Counted from the first letter of the whole stretch, positions 1 to 11,545 are shown. The stretch: DNA of 63,845 nt, filler included, from Octopus bimaculoides (GCF_001194135.2; 4 parts of 4 records of this genome joined end to end with filler, not necessarily neighbours in it), one strand, 5' to 3'. Program-made: numbers and translations. The notes: generated by a model from the letters alone, not told the origin.

Positions 1-34
<34 letters not shown>

Positions 35-236
35 ATTATATGTATTTCTTCTATCTTCATGAATAAAAATTCTTCGGATAGAATAAATGGGTTAATAGAA
101 ACCAATGTAGCAAAGAACACAAAATAACTGTGTTGTAGTTCCTGTTTTTAAGGCAGGAACTCCTGGAAATTTTGGGTATTTGAGTATATTTAAAAATTTA
201 AGGAATGGAGAAAACGCATGTTATAATTGCATACTT

Positions 237-324
237 TATTCCTACATATGTTTCAAAGGATTACAACCTATGTGATCCATAGGGATCTGTGATATTAAAA
301 TTGTAACCTTCTCTTCAGGGAATA
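237..324 (-). ncRNA. Type-I hammerhead ribozyme motif with long helix II (PLE-terminal-repeat type)
   Basis: Minus strand reads TATTCC-CTGAAGA-GAAGGTTACAA...TTGTAATCCTTT-GAAAC-ATAT-GTA-GGAATA. Helix I has 6 bp, the CUGANGA/GAAA core is intact, helix III is palindromic (ACATATGT) and the cleavage triplet is GUA. Homologous to 18233-18320. Confidence 0.85.
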
Positions 325-1059
325 ATTTGTATATATTTATTTTATCATAAATGCAGAACAACACCACAGAAGAATCGACGTAATCTTAAATAATAAACCG
401 CGATAGGTGAACCGCGATATGGCAAGGGATTATTACTGCATTCCACTCTTTGTTTCATTTTCTCTCATTTGCATTTCTCTGCGTGCGTACATGAAGGATG
501 TTCGTTTGTTCGTACTTGTATGCGCATCTGTGTTTGTGTGGTTTTGCGTGAAATAAAAGCAAACATTTATAGCGATAACTTGCATATTTATTTTCAATAC
601 ATCCTGGTAAATTCGAACTCAAATATGCTAATTGCTGTTGTGTAAATCACAATAGGACAACTTCTCCTTCTTACACAAATGTGTTCATAATACACTCGGC
701 TCATTGGTGTAAGGGATTCCTGGACGCTGGTGTTTAGACATGTTGAAGCTCATTAGACAGAAGCATCCCCGGACCTTTATAGATTCGGTCAACCGACTAA
801 AATTAGACGCAAATCTTCTCTATATTACAAGCTCTAACGTCTTTTGGATAATGAAGTTGCAGATAAACTATATCAGAATAACATTCAAGATAGTCACGGC
901 TGGTATGACATTGATCATAGATGTTCTTGATCAGGGCTGACCTGGGTTTAAACAACAACGGCGACAACCAAAACAACGATAATATAGCTTTGAGAGAGAT
1001 AGCGAAATATATATGAAGTCAGAAAAGAAAAGGGGGAACAGTAAGGTAGAAGGTGGGAT

Positions 1060-1095
<36 letters not shown>

Positions 1096-1738
1096 NNNNN
1101 NNNNNNNNNNNNNNNNNNNNNNNNNNNNNNNNNNNNNNNNNNNNNNNNNNNNNNNNNNNNNNNNNNNNNNNNNNNNNNNNNNNNNNNNNNNNNNNNNNNN
1201 NNNNNNNNNNNNNNNNNNNNNNNNNNNNNNNNNNNNNNNNNNNNNNNNNNNNNNNNNNNNNNNNNNNNNNNNNNNNNNNNNNNNNNNNNNNNNNNNNNNN
1301 NNNNNNNNNNNNNNNNNNNNNNNNNNNNNNNNNNNNNNNNNNNNNNNNNNNNNNNNNNNNNNNNNNNNNNNNNNNNNNNNNNNNNNNNNNNNNNNNNNNN
1401 NNNNNNNNNNNNNNNNNNNNNNNNNNNNNNNNNNNNNNNNNNNNNNNNNNNNNNNNNNNNNNNNNNNNNNNNNNNNNNNNNNNNNNNNNNNNNNNNNNNN
1501 NNNNNNNNNNNNNNNNNNNNNNNNNNNNNNNNNNNNNNNNNNNNNNNNNNNNNNNNNNNNNNNNNNNNNNNNNNNNNNNNNNNNNNNNNNNNNNNNNNNN
1601 NNNNNNNNNNNNNNNNNNNNNNNNNNNNNNNNNNNNNNNNNNNNNNNNNNNNNNNNNNNNNNNNNNNNNNNNNNNNNNNNNNNNNNNNNNNNNNNNNNNN
1701 NNNNNATATACATATGTATATCTATATATCTATATCTA

Positions 1739-1805
<67 letters not shown>

Positions 1806-2133
1806 ATATATATATGTATGTATATATATATATTTATATGTATATGTATATAATGATATAAATAATATATAAACATATGCATATATCCATACATATATGT
1901 ACATACCTACATCTACATGTATACATACATGGATATATGGGTATAGGACATCACAAAAAAGCGTTGTGTGTGTGCATGTGTGTATGAATGCGTGTATTAT
2001 ATAAATCCTTATTGGTCAACGAGGTTTACATACTTTTTGATGTACTCCCAAAGGTATTAAGCATCAGAAGCAGCAAAACCACACCCACAACTCCTACCAC
2101 TATATCCTCAAGCATTACCAACACCACCAGTAT

Positions 2134-2179
<46 letters not shown>

Positions 2180-2643
2180 GTAGCTGCAGCAAAATGCCAA
2201 AGAAACTAGAAATATAGAATCTAGAAAAAAACAAAAAAAAATTCACAGCTTGGAATAGGAAAGGATGTAATCAAGCGAGACATGGTATGGCTTTTATCAA
2301 AGCCGATGATTTGCTTTGAGGATGTTCTGATGAAAGCAATGCATGCATAGTTAGTTCGGTTCCAGCAGTTGTACAGTTTTGTCTTTAAGAAAATATTGCC
2401 CATTGTAGCCTCTGTGAACCATTGGCGTTGATATTTGTAGCAATACTGTTTTATATTGCATTTGCACAGATCATGTCACATCGTGGTTGTATTACATCCT
2501 CTGAATTTGCATTAATTATAGAATTTTCATTGAAGAATTTTAGTGGAGTTCCACAGAATATTTGTATCCAATTCTACAGTTGTATATATGATATGTATCT
2601 GTGTACGTACGTACGTACGTACGTACGTATGTATGTATGCATG

Positions 2644-2677
<34 letters not shown>

Positions 2678-3096
2678 TGTATGTATGTGTGTATGTATGT
2701 TATCAATCAGTTTCATTTCTGTATTTCTTGTCCATAGAGAAAGAGCCGGACTCTAACATAAATTCAAGGCTCCTTCATTGGAACTTTTATCAACATCATC
2801 TAGGTATTTGTGCATATGTGTGTGTGTGTGTGTGTGTGCAGTATTTGGTGTTAGTGTATGCGCAGATTTGTATGTTTGTTTTATGGATGCGTTTTTATGT
2901 ATATATTTTCATGTCTAGGCGTATGCATATGTGTATGTATGTATGTATGTATGTATGTATGTATGTATGTGTGCATCTACATGAAAATCTATATATCTAT
3001 ATATTTTATTCGCTACTGGTCTTAGTCAGAAGCTGAGGTCATACTGGAATACTGCCTTTAAATGATGGGACGCTATATATGTATATATATATATAT

Positions 3097-4880
3097 ACTT
3101 CCTTTCCGGAAGTAACAGGAGGTCTATATAGGAATGACGTCTTATTTTTTCTGGACAGAAGTAGTAAAGTACAGTTAGAAAGGCATAGGAAAAATTTCTT
3201 TAGACTTTTTAAAAATTTAAGACTTAACATTACTATAGGTAAAGATTATCGTAGAGTGAATTTTTTTGATGCTAGTTTCTGTCTTGATACTGGATTATTT
3301 GAACCATTTCATAAGCCAAATGATCATATTAAGTATATTAACGTAGCATCCAACCATCCACCTTCGATTATACGGGTATTGATTAGGAGTATTTCTACAA
3401 GAATTTCTATATTATCCGCTAATATTAAAATTTTCGAATCACATGCAACTTATTATCATGCTGTTCTAACTAGGGCTGGGTACCGTGAAAAGAATTCTTG
3501 TATACAAGAAGCAGGCATACACAACACTGGTGATTCCTCCAATTGTAATACACATTATACACCATTACAACATTACAGTTTGAGAACTCACTCAGAAAGA
3601 GAATACAGGCCAGGAAGAATTGGTCATGTCAATGAAGTACCAACGAAAACTCATAGACATACTCGACATAATAAACCAACTGCTTGTTCCAATCCTGTAC
3701 AACACGCTCGATCAAATAAACCTACCAGATATAAGAAGCAGGATGTCATCTGGTTGAACCCGATTTTCGGTTCGCATGTTTCAACCAAGATCGCTGGAAA
3801 ACTTTTTGCTGCTTTGGACAAATGCTTTCCTAAATCTAATCGGTATCATGCTAATTTTAATCGGCACACCATGAAGGTATCCCATGTCAACTCTGCTAAT
3901 TTAGAGCAGCTTATGCATCACATAAACAGTAGCAAAATGCAGCAAAAGTTCAATAACCCACCTACTGGATCTAGTGAACATATGAATCTTAATATTAATC
4001 AAGGAGGTGCAAATCGCAATGATAAACATCAACTACGACCAAATTGTAGTAGCAGAAATACTTATGATACAGCTAACACGGTAACAGCGTAAGTAAATGG
4101 AGTCGGGACTGCCTTATACACAAATAAATACGATAAATGCTCATGCAGAGAAAAATCAAAATGTCTGTATGAGTACAAATCTTGTATATAAATGTATCAT
4201 GCACACAAGGGGAGAGCCGTATGTTTACATTGAGCAGACGGCTGATTCATTTAAAACAATCAATAAGCGACATTCAACATCTTTGGCAGATTTTGTATGG
4301 CGACTGAAGGAGGATAAAATGAAGTACAGCATAACTTGGTCCATAGTAAGGCACGCTAAACCATGCAATATAATTTCCAGGAGATGCCGTCTCTGCTCCG
4401 GAGAATCCCTGTCTATTCTGTGGGCTAACGAGAAGATCATTAATTGAATTTCTGAAAGAATCTCGAGATGCCTACACACATATAAATACACTTTCACACA
4501 TTGCAGAGGGAATGAATTTTGAGTAACCGTTAACATAATTTAATTTACTTTGAGGTATAGATGACTTGTTTACTTTTACCCCTCCCCCTATTCTTATAAA
4601 CACCAAGTAGATATCTAACTTGCTTTGTGATCATGAGTGCATCAACACTCAGGTGTGCGTATGCTCACATTATCGCGGATGCTTGTACTCGCGCAATGCA
4701 GCTTGCCCGAGGGCGTTTATACATCCATATTTCTTAACAGTTATTTTAATACTTTTCTTACTGCATTGCGTGTTTGTTTCTCTTTTTTTCCATCCGTGAT
4801 TTTATTTTTGATCTTCTATATAAATGAAGATATTTCCTCCGTATATATTTGTATGTGTGAAACGTTTTATAAAGAGCATA
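3097..4880 (+). mobile_element. Penelope-like retroelement remnant (RT C-half, thumb, GIY-YIG endonuclease; Naiad-like motif set), 5'-truncated
   Basis: ORF 3079-4092 has GLYRND (YRDD-like), VNFFD, PFHKPND-YINVASNHPPSI, RISILS, AGY and VIWLNP...FNRHTMKVS. ORF 4097-4447 has NLVYKC...YVYIEQTADSFK, STSLADFVWRLK, ITWSIV and RCRLC, and ISRCLH follows the stop. A decayed HHR lies at 4819-4871. Confidence 0.9.
4819..4871 (+). ncRNA. Decayed minimal hammerhead motif in PLE 3' region
   Basis: TATAA-ATGAAGA-...-GAAAC-GTT-TTATA. Helix I has 5 bp, core C3 is mutated and helix II is decayed. It lies about 300 bp after the GIY-YIG coding end. Confidence 0.4.
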
Positions 4881-4996
4881 TTTTCTACTGTCTGATATTG
4901 TTTCAAAGCGGACTAAAGTAAAATTGATTAGAGAAAAAAATTCAGTGAAAGTGAAATTCGGATTCGGCTCAAGCGAGGCTGTTTGGTTAAGAAGCT

Positions 4997-5497
4997 CACT
5001 TTTCAACATGTAGGGCACCTTGGCTAAGTGACGTCTACTATAGCCTCTGAGCCGTCCAAAACTTTGTGGGTGGATTTGGTAGACGGTGTTTGAAAGAAGC
5101 TCGTCGTATGTTCGTTGGCAGATGTTTTGGGGATTCGTTATTCTGAGTGGTCCTTCATGCTGGTAAAGTTCAGTGGTTTCATGGCTTATGGTGATTATTT
5201 ATACTGATTTTGATTGATTTGGTTCCTAGATAATTTTATTAGGATTGGAAAAAGCTTAGGTTAATGGTTTCTAGTTTTGGGATGTTATGTATGTATGTTA
5301 TGTATGTATGTATGTTTGTGTCCCTTAGTGTTTGCTATATTTGTTTCCCACCACCGCTTAACGACCGGTGCTAGTTTGTGTATGTTCTCGCAGTTCAGTG
5401 GATCCGTAAAAGCGACCGATAGAATAAGGACTAGGCTAAAATAAGTACTGTGGTTGATTTGCTCGTCCAAAGTCCTCAAGGCGGTGTCGAAGCGCTA
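4997..5497 (+). mobile_element. SINE family B (tRNA/CORE-like), 5'-truncated and interrupted at about 5105-5320
   Basis: GGCACCTTGGCTAAGTG..CTACTATAGCC..GGATTTGGTAGACGG..GAAAGAAGCTCGTCG 5' half and ACCGATAGAATAAG..GATTTGCTCG 3' half match the full copies at 56163 and 57867. Confidence 0.75.
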
Positions 5498-5585
5498 AGT
5501 TACAGGGATGTCAACAAACCAAAATCTGTTGTCAGGCGACTGTGAAGAACAGGCACACGCACGCGCGCACACGCGCACACACACA

Positions 5586-5643
<58 letters not shown>

Positions 5644-6221
5644 NNNNNNNNNNNNNNNNNNNNNNNNNNNNNNNNNNNNNNNNNNNNNNNNNNNNNNNNN
5701 NNNNNNNNNNNNNNNNNNNNNNNNNNNNNNNNNNNNNNNNNNNNNNNNNNNNNNNNNNNNNNNNNNNNNNNNNNNNNNNNNNNNNNNNNNNNNNNNNNNN
5801 NNNNNNNNNNNNNNNNNNNNNNNNNNNNNNNNNNNNNNNNNNNNNNNNNNNNNNNNNNNNNNNNNNNNNNNNNNNNNNNNNNNNNNTATATATATATATA
5901 TATATATATGCGAGTAAAAATAAATACAAAAAAGGTGGGTTTTTTTTGTATGATTGTGTATAGAGGAATATATTATTTTGCTTAAAAGAGTTCCAACACT
6001 GTCTGTTTTTTATGTTTTATTTATATTCCTGCAGAACTAATGTGGGGTATAGAATATGGAATATACAATATATAATATGATATACAATATACAATATAAA
6101 ATAAAATAAAATAAATATGGATGGCACCATGAAAGAAAGTATTGAATGTAGATGAAATATTGAGTGTTCAATATAAAGGATCAAATATATAAATATATAA
6201 ATATAAATATATATATATAAA

Positions 6222-6261
6222 GGCGACTCGAGTTTCAGGGCTATTTCCCTTCGTCATGGCC
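6222..6261 (-). ncRNA. Minimal type-I hammerhead motif (one extra base in core)
   Basis: Minus strand: GGC-CATGACGA-AGGG-AAATAG-CCCT-GAAAC-TCGA-GTC-GCC. Helix III is palindromic (ACTCGAGT) with a GUC triplet. Confidence 0.7.
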
Positions 6262-6300
6262 GGTATATATATATACACACATATAGATTGATATATACAT

Positions 6301-6831
6301 AAGAGGAATAGCCACTAAGGTAGATTCCTAGTACGCTAGAAGGTGCCAAATCGCCTTATCACGTAGAATATGTTCTCAAAAATTTTAGCAAACGCCAGAG
6401 TGTATGCGAGCAAGACAAATGAAAGGAAACAAAATAAAGCAATTAAGTTCATACCCTATGACTTCGCTATTAATGATTACTACTATAATTATCTTAGCTC
6501 ATCAGTGAAGTCTTTGCGAGATACATAATCAACGGAACTAGATACAAAACGTCTCCACGACAGAGAATATACATATAAAGTTCCGCCTTTATATGCACGT
6601 TCTCTATCGTGGAGAGCCTTTATATACATGTTCTTTGTCGTGGACGAGCTACAGATCATTAATAGCGAAATCTTAAGGCATGGGGTTAATTGCTTTATTT
6701 TGTCTCTTTTCATTTGTCTTGCTCGCATACATTCTAGCGTTTGCTAAAATTTTTGAGAAACATATTTTTCGTGGTAAGGCGATTTGGCATCTTCTAGCAT
6801 ATAGGAATCAACCTTGGTGGCTGTTGCTCTT
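6301..6831. repeat. Inverted repeat pair (arms about 6301-6500 and 6646-6831), PLE-terminal-repeat-like fold-back
   Basis: AAGAGGAATAGCCACTAAGGTAGATTCC...GCAAACGCCAGAGTGTATGCGAGCAAGACAAATGAAA is the reverse complement of ...TTTCATTTGTCTTGCTCGCATACATTCTAGCGTTTGC...GGAATCAACCTTGGTGGCTGTTGCTCTT. Confidence 0.9.
6448..6509 (-). ncRNA. Decayed hammerhead motif at inner end of fold-back left arm
   Basis: Minus strand: TTCA-CTGATGA-GCTA...TAGC-GAAG-TCATAGG-GTA-TGAA. Helices I and II pair and A15.1 is changed to G. The right arm has the matching GCTA...TAGC-GAAATCTTAAGG. Confidence 0.55.
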
Positions 6832-6976
6832 ATTTATATATGTAATATAATTCATAGTCCGCGGACATTTTTTAATTATGCTAGCCACTGGTTTAAATTA
6901 ATATAATTTAATAATATCAAGTTCTACCCACATAATTTAATTTTTAAATAGATTGATATATATTTCATATACATAC

Positions 6977-7019
<43 letters not shown>

Positions 7020-7066
7020 GATTGATATATATTATATATACATACATATATATACATGCATATGTA

Positions 7067-7955
7067 TGAGGTCTGATCAATAAGTATCCGGACTATTTTC
7101 ATAGTAACAAGGCTAAAGCACGCTGAGAAAAGCCGCTTGGCACAGATTGACCGTGAACTCAGTTGTGTAAGCGCACAAAGCTTTAGCGTTCTAGCTCGCT
7201 TTTGCTGTGTAAAGCACTGCTTGGAAGGGACGTGTGTAGTGTGTGATCGTCGCATTGACCATGACAGAGAAAGTTGTTATGGCGATACCTGCTCAGAGGC
7301 CTACGCAAAGTTGCAGAAAGTGTATGGAGAGAAGTGTATGAGTCACATACAAGCCTACGAGTGGTTCAGACGGTTCCACGATGGCCGAAAAAATGTCGGC
7401 ATTGACGAACGTTCTGGGGACCAGCAACCAGCAGAAAAGCGAAAAGCATCGTAGATGTCCGTGCAGCTGTGAGGGGAAATCGTCGAATCGCCATCTGTGA
7501 GTTATCAGAGGATGTGCAGGTTAGTTTCGGTTCAGTTCAATCTATTATCGCTGAAGATTTGGGTATGAGACGCGTGTCTGCCAAGTTTGTGCTAAAACTA
7601 CTTTCTGCTGACCAAAAAGACACTCGAGTTTCATTTGCACAAGATATCTTTGATTGTGTCGAGAATGATGAAAACTTTTTGAAAACTTTGCGTAGGCCTC
7701 TGAGCAGGTATCACCGAGCTTTTGGCAAAATTTTATGCAAATTCTCTGCTTAACTTTCTCTGTCATAATCAATGATCACACGCTACACACCTTCCTTCCA
7801 AGCACAGCTATAAACAGCAAAAGTGAGCTAGAACGTGTAATCGTAGTGCGCATGCACAGCAGAGTTCAAGGTCAACCTGTGCCAAGTGACTTCATTTAGC
7901 GTGCTTTAGCTTTGTTACTATCGAAACACTTCGGATACTTATTGATCAGACCACA
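7067..7955 (+). mobile_element. Non-autonomous mariner (DD34D-type) derivative built from two left ends
   Basis: TIRs TGAGGTCTGATCAATAAGTATCCG / CGGATACTTATTGATCAGACCACA with TA on both sides. The + strand has the transposase N-terminus (AYAKLQKVYG..YEWFRRF, RRIAICELSEDV, LGMRRVSAKFV). The - strand at 7686-7955 repeats the 5' end (MTEKVKQRICIKFCQKLGDTCSEAYAK). Confidence 0.92.
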
Positions 7956-8120
7956 TATATAATAGGTTTGGTTTTCTCTGTGTTCAGAACAGAAATATCT
8001 TATTTGATATTTGGACTCACACCAATCATAGGCTGGAATCACAGACGTTACCCAACCCTACCCGATGCATACCTTTTCAAGTACATGGTTCTATCGGAAT
8101 TCTCATCTTACTTCTTATAT

Positions 8121-8218
<98 letters not shown>

Positions 8219-8520
8219 GTATGTATGAATGTACTACACACACACACATGCTTATTCAAGCGTATACACACACATGCACACATATAAGCAAATGTATGGT
8301 ATCAGTCTCTTAGTCTCAGTCTATGGTATCTACGGATAGTATTCAAGTGTGGTATGCATGCTTATAGTAAATGCATAGTATGATTGCGCGCGCGCGCGCG
8401 TATCCAGCGCTATATTTGTGGTTTTGGAACGTTTTGCTCTCTCGCAATAATTTTTCTCCTTAATTTCTACTTTTTACCAAACCGTTTTCTTTATGCTTCC
8501 CTGTCTACGCATACATACAT

Positions 8521-8551
<31 letters not shown>

Positions 8552-8608
8552 TACATACATACATGCATACATACATACATGCATTCATTCATTCATGTAT
8601 ACACACAT

Positions 8609-8643
<35 letters not shown>

Positions 8644-8934
8644 GGCACAAATAAATATCTATACAAATATATGTACACACATATATTAACAAATATGTAT
8701 GTGTTATTTTATTATTGCATATTACCCCACCCCCACAAAAAAACCCCAAAAAGCAAACAAACGAAAAACGGAATGAGTAAATGATATAATTTAAGTAAAA
8801 ACAAAATACTCAATGTATAGTAAATACAGAGCTAATGTACTATTTGCAAAAATAAACGAAGAAAATAAAGAACAACGACTCCTTGAAAACGAATTACATT
8901 TCTTTGTCTACAAATTTGACAGTGTGTGTGTATG

Positions 8935-9147
8935 TTATTTCTTTACTACCCACAAGGGGCTACACACAGAGGTGACAAACAAGGACAGACAAACGGATTA
9001 AGTCGATTATATCGACCCCAGTGCGTAACTGGTACTTATTTAATCGACCCCGAAAGGATGAAAGGCAAAGTCGACCTCGGCGGAATTTGAACTCAGAACG
9101 TAGCGGCAGACGAAATACCGCTAAGCATTTCGCCCGGCGTGGTAACG
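8935..9147 (-). mobile_element. SINE family A (tRNA head, GACTTTGCCTTTCATCCTTTCGGGGTCG core)
   Basis: Minus strand has B-box GAGTTCAAATTCC, the conserved core and a tail ending AAAGAAATA. Near-identical to 15134-15363. Confidence 0.92.
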
Positions 9148-9625
9148 TGTGTGTGTATGTGTGTGCATGTATATGCATATATGTTTTTTCTCTTATCTTT
9201 CACATGCAGGAGAACCATCTCGTAGAGTTTAATCGAACAAATGCAGCACCNNNNNNNNNNNNNNNNNNNNNNNNNNNNNNNNNNNNNNNNNNNNNNNNNN
9301 NNNNNNNNNNNNNNNNNNNNNNNNNNNNNNNNNNNNNNNNNNNNNNNNNNNNNNNNNNNNNNNNNNNNNNNNNNNNNNNNNNNNNNNNNNNNNNNNNNNN
9401 NNNNNNNNNNNNNNNNNNNNNNNNNNNNNNNNNNNNNNNNNNNNNNNNNNNNNNNNNNNNNNNNNNNNNNNNNNNNNNNNNNNNNNNNNNNNNNNNNNNN
9501 NNNNNNNNNNNNNNNNNNNNNNNNNNNNNNNNNNNNNNNNNNNNNNNNNNNNNNNNNNNNNNNNNNNNNNNNNNNNNNNNNNNNNNNNNNNNNNNNNNNN
9601 NNNNNNNNNNNNNNNNNNNNNNNNN

Positions 9626-9835
9626 ATATAATACAAATAATAAATGAGTATATGCATATATACGTACATGTACATACCTACATCTACATGTATATATAGG
9701 TGCATATCTGGGTACAGGACGTTGCAAAAAAAAACGTGGACAAAATGATAAACAGAGTACAGAAAACACACAGGCCACATAGAGAACATTTCCTTCATCA
9801 GCTGCCACCATTCTATAACTAAGCGTTTCGAAGAG
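9626..9835 (-). repeat. Dispersed repeat family D (probable PLE terminal repeat) with hammerhead half-motifs
   Basis: Minus strand: CGAAACGCTTAGTT..AGAAT..GGCAGCTGATGAAGGAAA..CTATGTGGC..CCTGTACCCAGAT..GTAGATGTAGGTATGTAC. Other copies are at about 1860-1960(-), 10307-10480(+) and 63600-63845(+). Confidence 0.8.
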
Positions 9836-9840
9836 ATTCT

Positions 9841-10306
9841 TTCATTCTTTTACTTGTTTCAGTCATTTGACTTCGGTGATGCTGGAGCAAGCCTTTAGTC
9901 GACGAAATTGACCCCAGGCCTGGTACTTATCCAATCCGTCTATTTTGCCGAAACACTAAGTTTCGAGGATGTAAACACATCAACATCGGTTGTAAAGCAA
10001 TGGTGGGGGACAAACACAGACACGCAAAGATATATATATATGCGACGGGCTTCTTTCAGTTTGTATCTACCAAATTCAATCACAAGACTTTGGTCGGCCC
10101 GAGGCTATAGTAGAAAATCTTTCACCCAAAGTGTCACTCAGTGAGGATGAACCAGGAACCATGTGGTTGGGAAGCAAGCATATATATACTGTTTTCTTCT
10201 TCAAATTCACTCACAAGCGATTGGTCAACCCGGGGCTATAGTAAAAGATACTTGCCCAAGGTGCTATGCAGTGGATCTGAACCCGGAACCACGTGGTTGG
10301 GAAGTA
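9841..10306 (-). mobile_element. SINE family B, one near-full copy plus a second 5' half
   Basis: CTTTTACTTGTTTCAGTCATTTGACT tail, then TTTCAGTT..CTACCAAAT..GGTCGGCCCGAGGCTATAGTAG..GAACC..ATGTGGTTGG occurring twice. Confidence 0.85.
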
Positions 10307-10480
10307 ATGTGGCTTGTGTGTTTTCTGTACTCTGTTTATCATTTTGTCCACGTTTTTTTGCAACGTCCTGTACCCAGATATGTATCTATATATCTATATA
10401 TATACATGTAGATGTAGGTATGTACATACATGTACGTATATATGCATATACTCATTTATTATTTGTATTATATATATATA
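10307..10480 (+). repeat. Repeat family D, inverted partner of 9626-9835
   Basis: TGTGGCTTGTGTGTTTTCTGTACTCTGTTTATCATTTTGTCCACG..CAACGTCCTGTACCCAGAT is the reverse complement of 9700-9780 with few changes. Confidence 0.85.
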
Positions 10481-10594
10481 TATATACACAAGAGGCGGTC
10501 TTCCTCATTGTTTTCATCTTCTAGAAACACTCGCGCAGTGGGATTGAACCAGGAGAAACGTGGTTCTAAAGTGAGCTTCTGTAACTGAATAAAA

Positions 10595-10639
<45 letters not shown>

Positions 10640-11089
10640 AGCGCGTATACTTTATAGTAGTGATCGTGTTTTCCGTCGCTGGACTCTTTGATCCACAAAC
10701 TGGGTTTTGAATTGAACTAAGTAATATAAAGCCGCTTCATGGGATGCATTAACCTAAAAACTTTTGTTTTTACGTAAAAAAGCTGCGGCACAGTGTGTCA
10801 ATTAGTTTGGATTTAACCTCTGTGTATAGCTTGTAAATTGTAAACATTCTTAAGAACAGCTAGAAGTTTTCAGGCAGTGATCTATCACAGGCATCAATGA
10901 AAATAACATAATATAATGTAAAACAATATCATAATTTTTATATTTATGTATGTGTGTGTGTGTGTCTGTGTGTGTGTGTGTCTGTGTGTGTACGTGTGTG
11001 TATTATTGCGTGATTTTTAATTCAGTAACGCTACAAAGCTATATTAGTTTAAAAAATGGTAATTAGAAGCAGAAGTAGTATTAATCCTC

Positions 11090-11545
11090 TCTACTATAGG
11101 TACAAGGTCTGAAATTTTAGGGGAGGGGGCCAGTCGATTAGTTCGACTCCAGTACATAACTGGTACTTAATTTATAGACCTCAAAAGGATGCAAGGCAAA
11201 GTCGACCTCGGCAGAATTTGAACTCAGAATGTAGCGGCAGACGAAATACCTATTTCTTTACAGCCCACAAGGGGCTACACATAGAGGGGACAAACAAGAA
11301 CAGACAAACGGATTAAGTCGATTATATCAACGCCAGTGCGTAACTNNNNNNNNNNCAAACAAGAACAGACAAACGGATTAAGTCGATTATATCAACGCCA
11401 GTGCGTAACTGGTACTTAATTTATCGACCCCGAAAGGATGAAAGGCAAAGTCGACCTCGGCGGAATTTGAACTCAGAACGCAGTGGCAGACGAAATACCG
11501 CTAAGCATTTCACCCGGTGTGCTAACGATCCTGCCAGCTCGCCGC
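11090..11545 (-). mobile_element. Dimeric family-A SINE (tail-1 unit joined to head-truncated tail-2 unit)
   Basis: Two GTCGACCTCGGC cores with the junction GAAATACC|TATTTC at 11250/11251. The 10-N gap at 11346 duplicates about 55 bp. Confidence 0.88.

Noticed and set aside
931-1861. Long ORFs in the supplied track spanning N runs or CA/TA/CATA repeats (also 9021, 20268, 35979, 38603, 39812, 45896, 52770, 55127)
   Set aside because: They are open only because N and simple repeats lack stops.
2240-2580. Weak PLE-thumb-like peptide on minus strand (ALLSSEHPQSKSSALIKAI)
   Set aside because: Too few conserved positions to call by eye.
2738-2803. Possible 66-nt plus-strand exon (KEPDSNINSRLLHWNFYQHHL)
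   Set aside because: Splice motifs are plausible, but it is short with no homology and no partner exons.
4445-4447. In-frame TGA in the GIY-YIG region as possible selenocysteine (known in some Naiad PLEs)
   Set aside because: It aligns with the LNKRSE position, not a conserved Cys, and no SECIS is recognisable. It is better explained as a nonsense mutation.
11290-11410. Tandem duplications around 10-N gaps (also about 44916-45020)
   Set aside because: Identical sequence on both sides of a 10-N gap indicates unmerged contig overlap.
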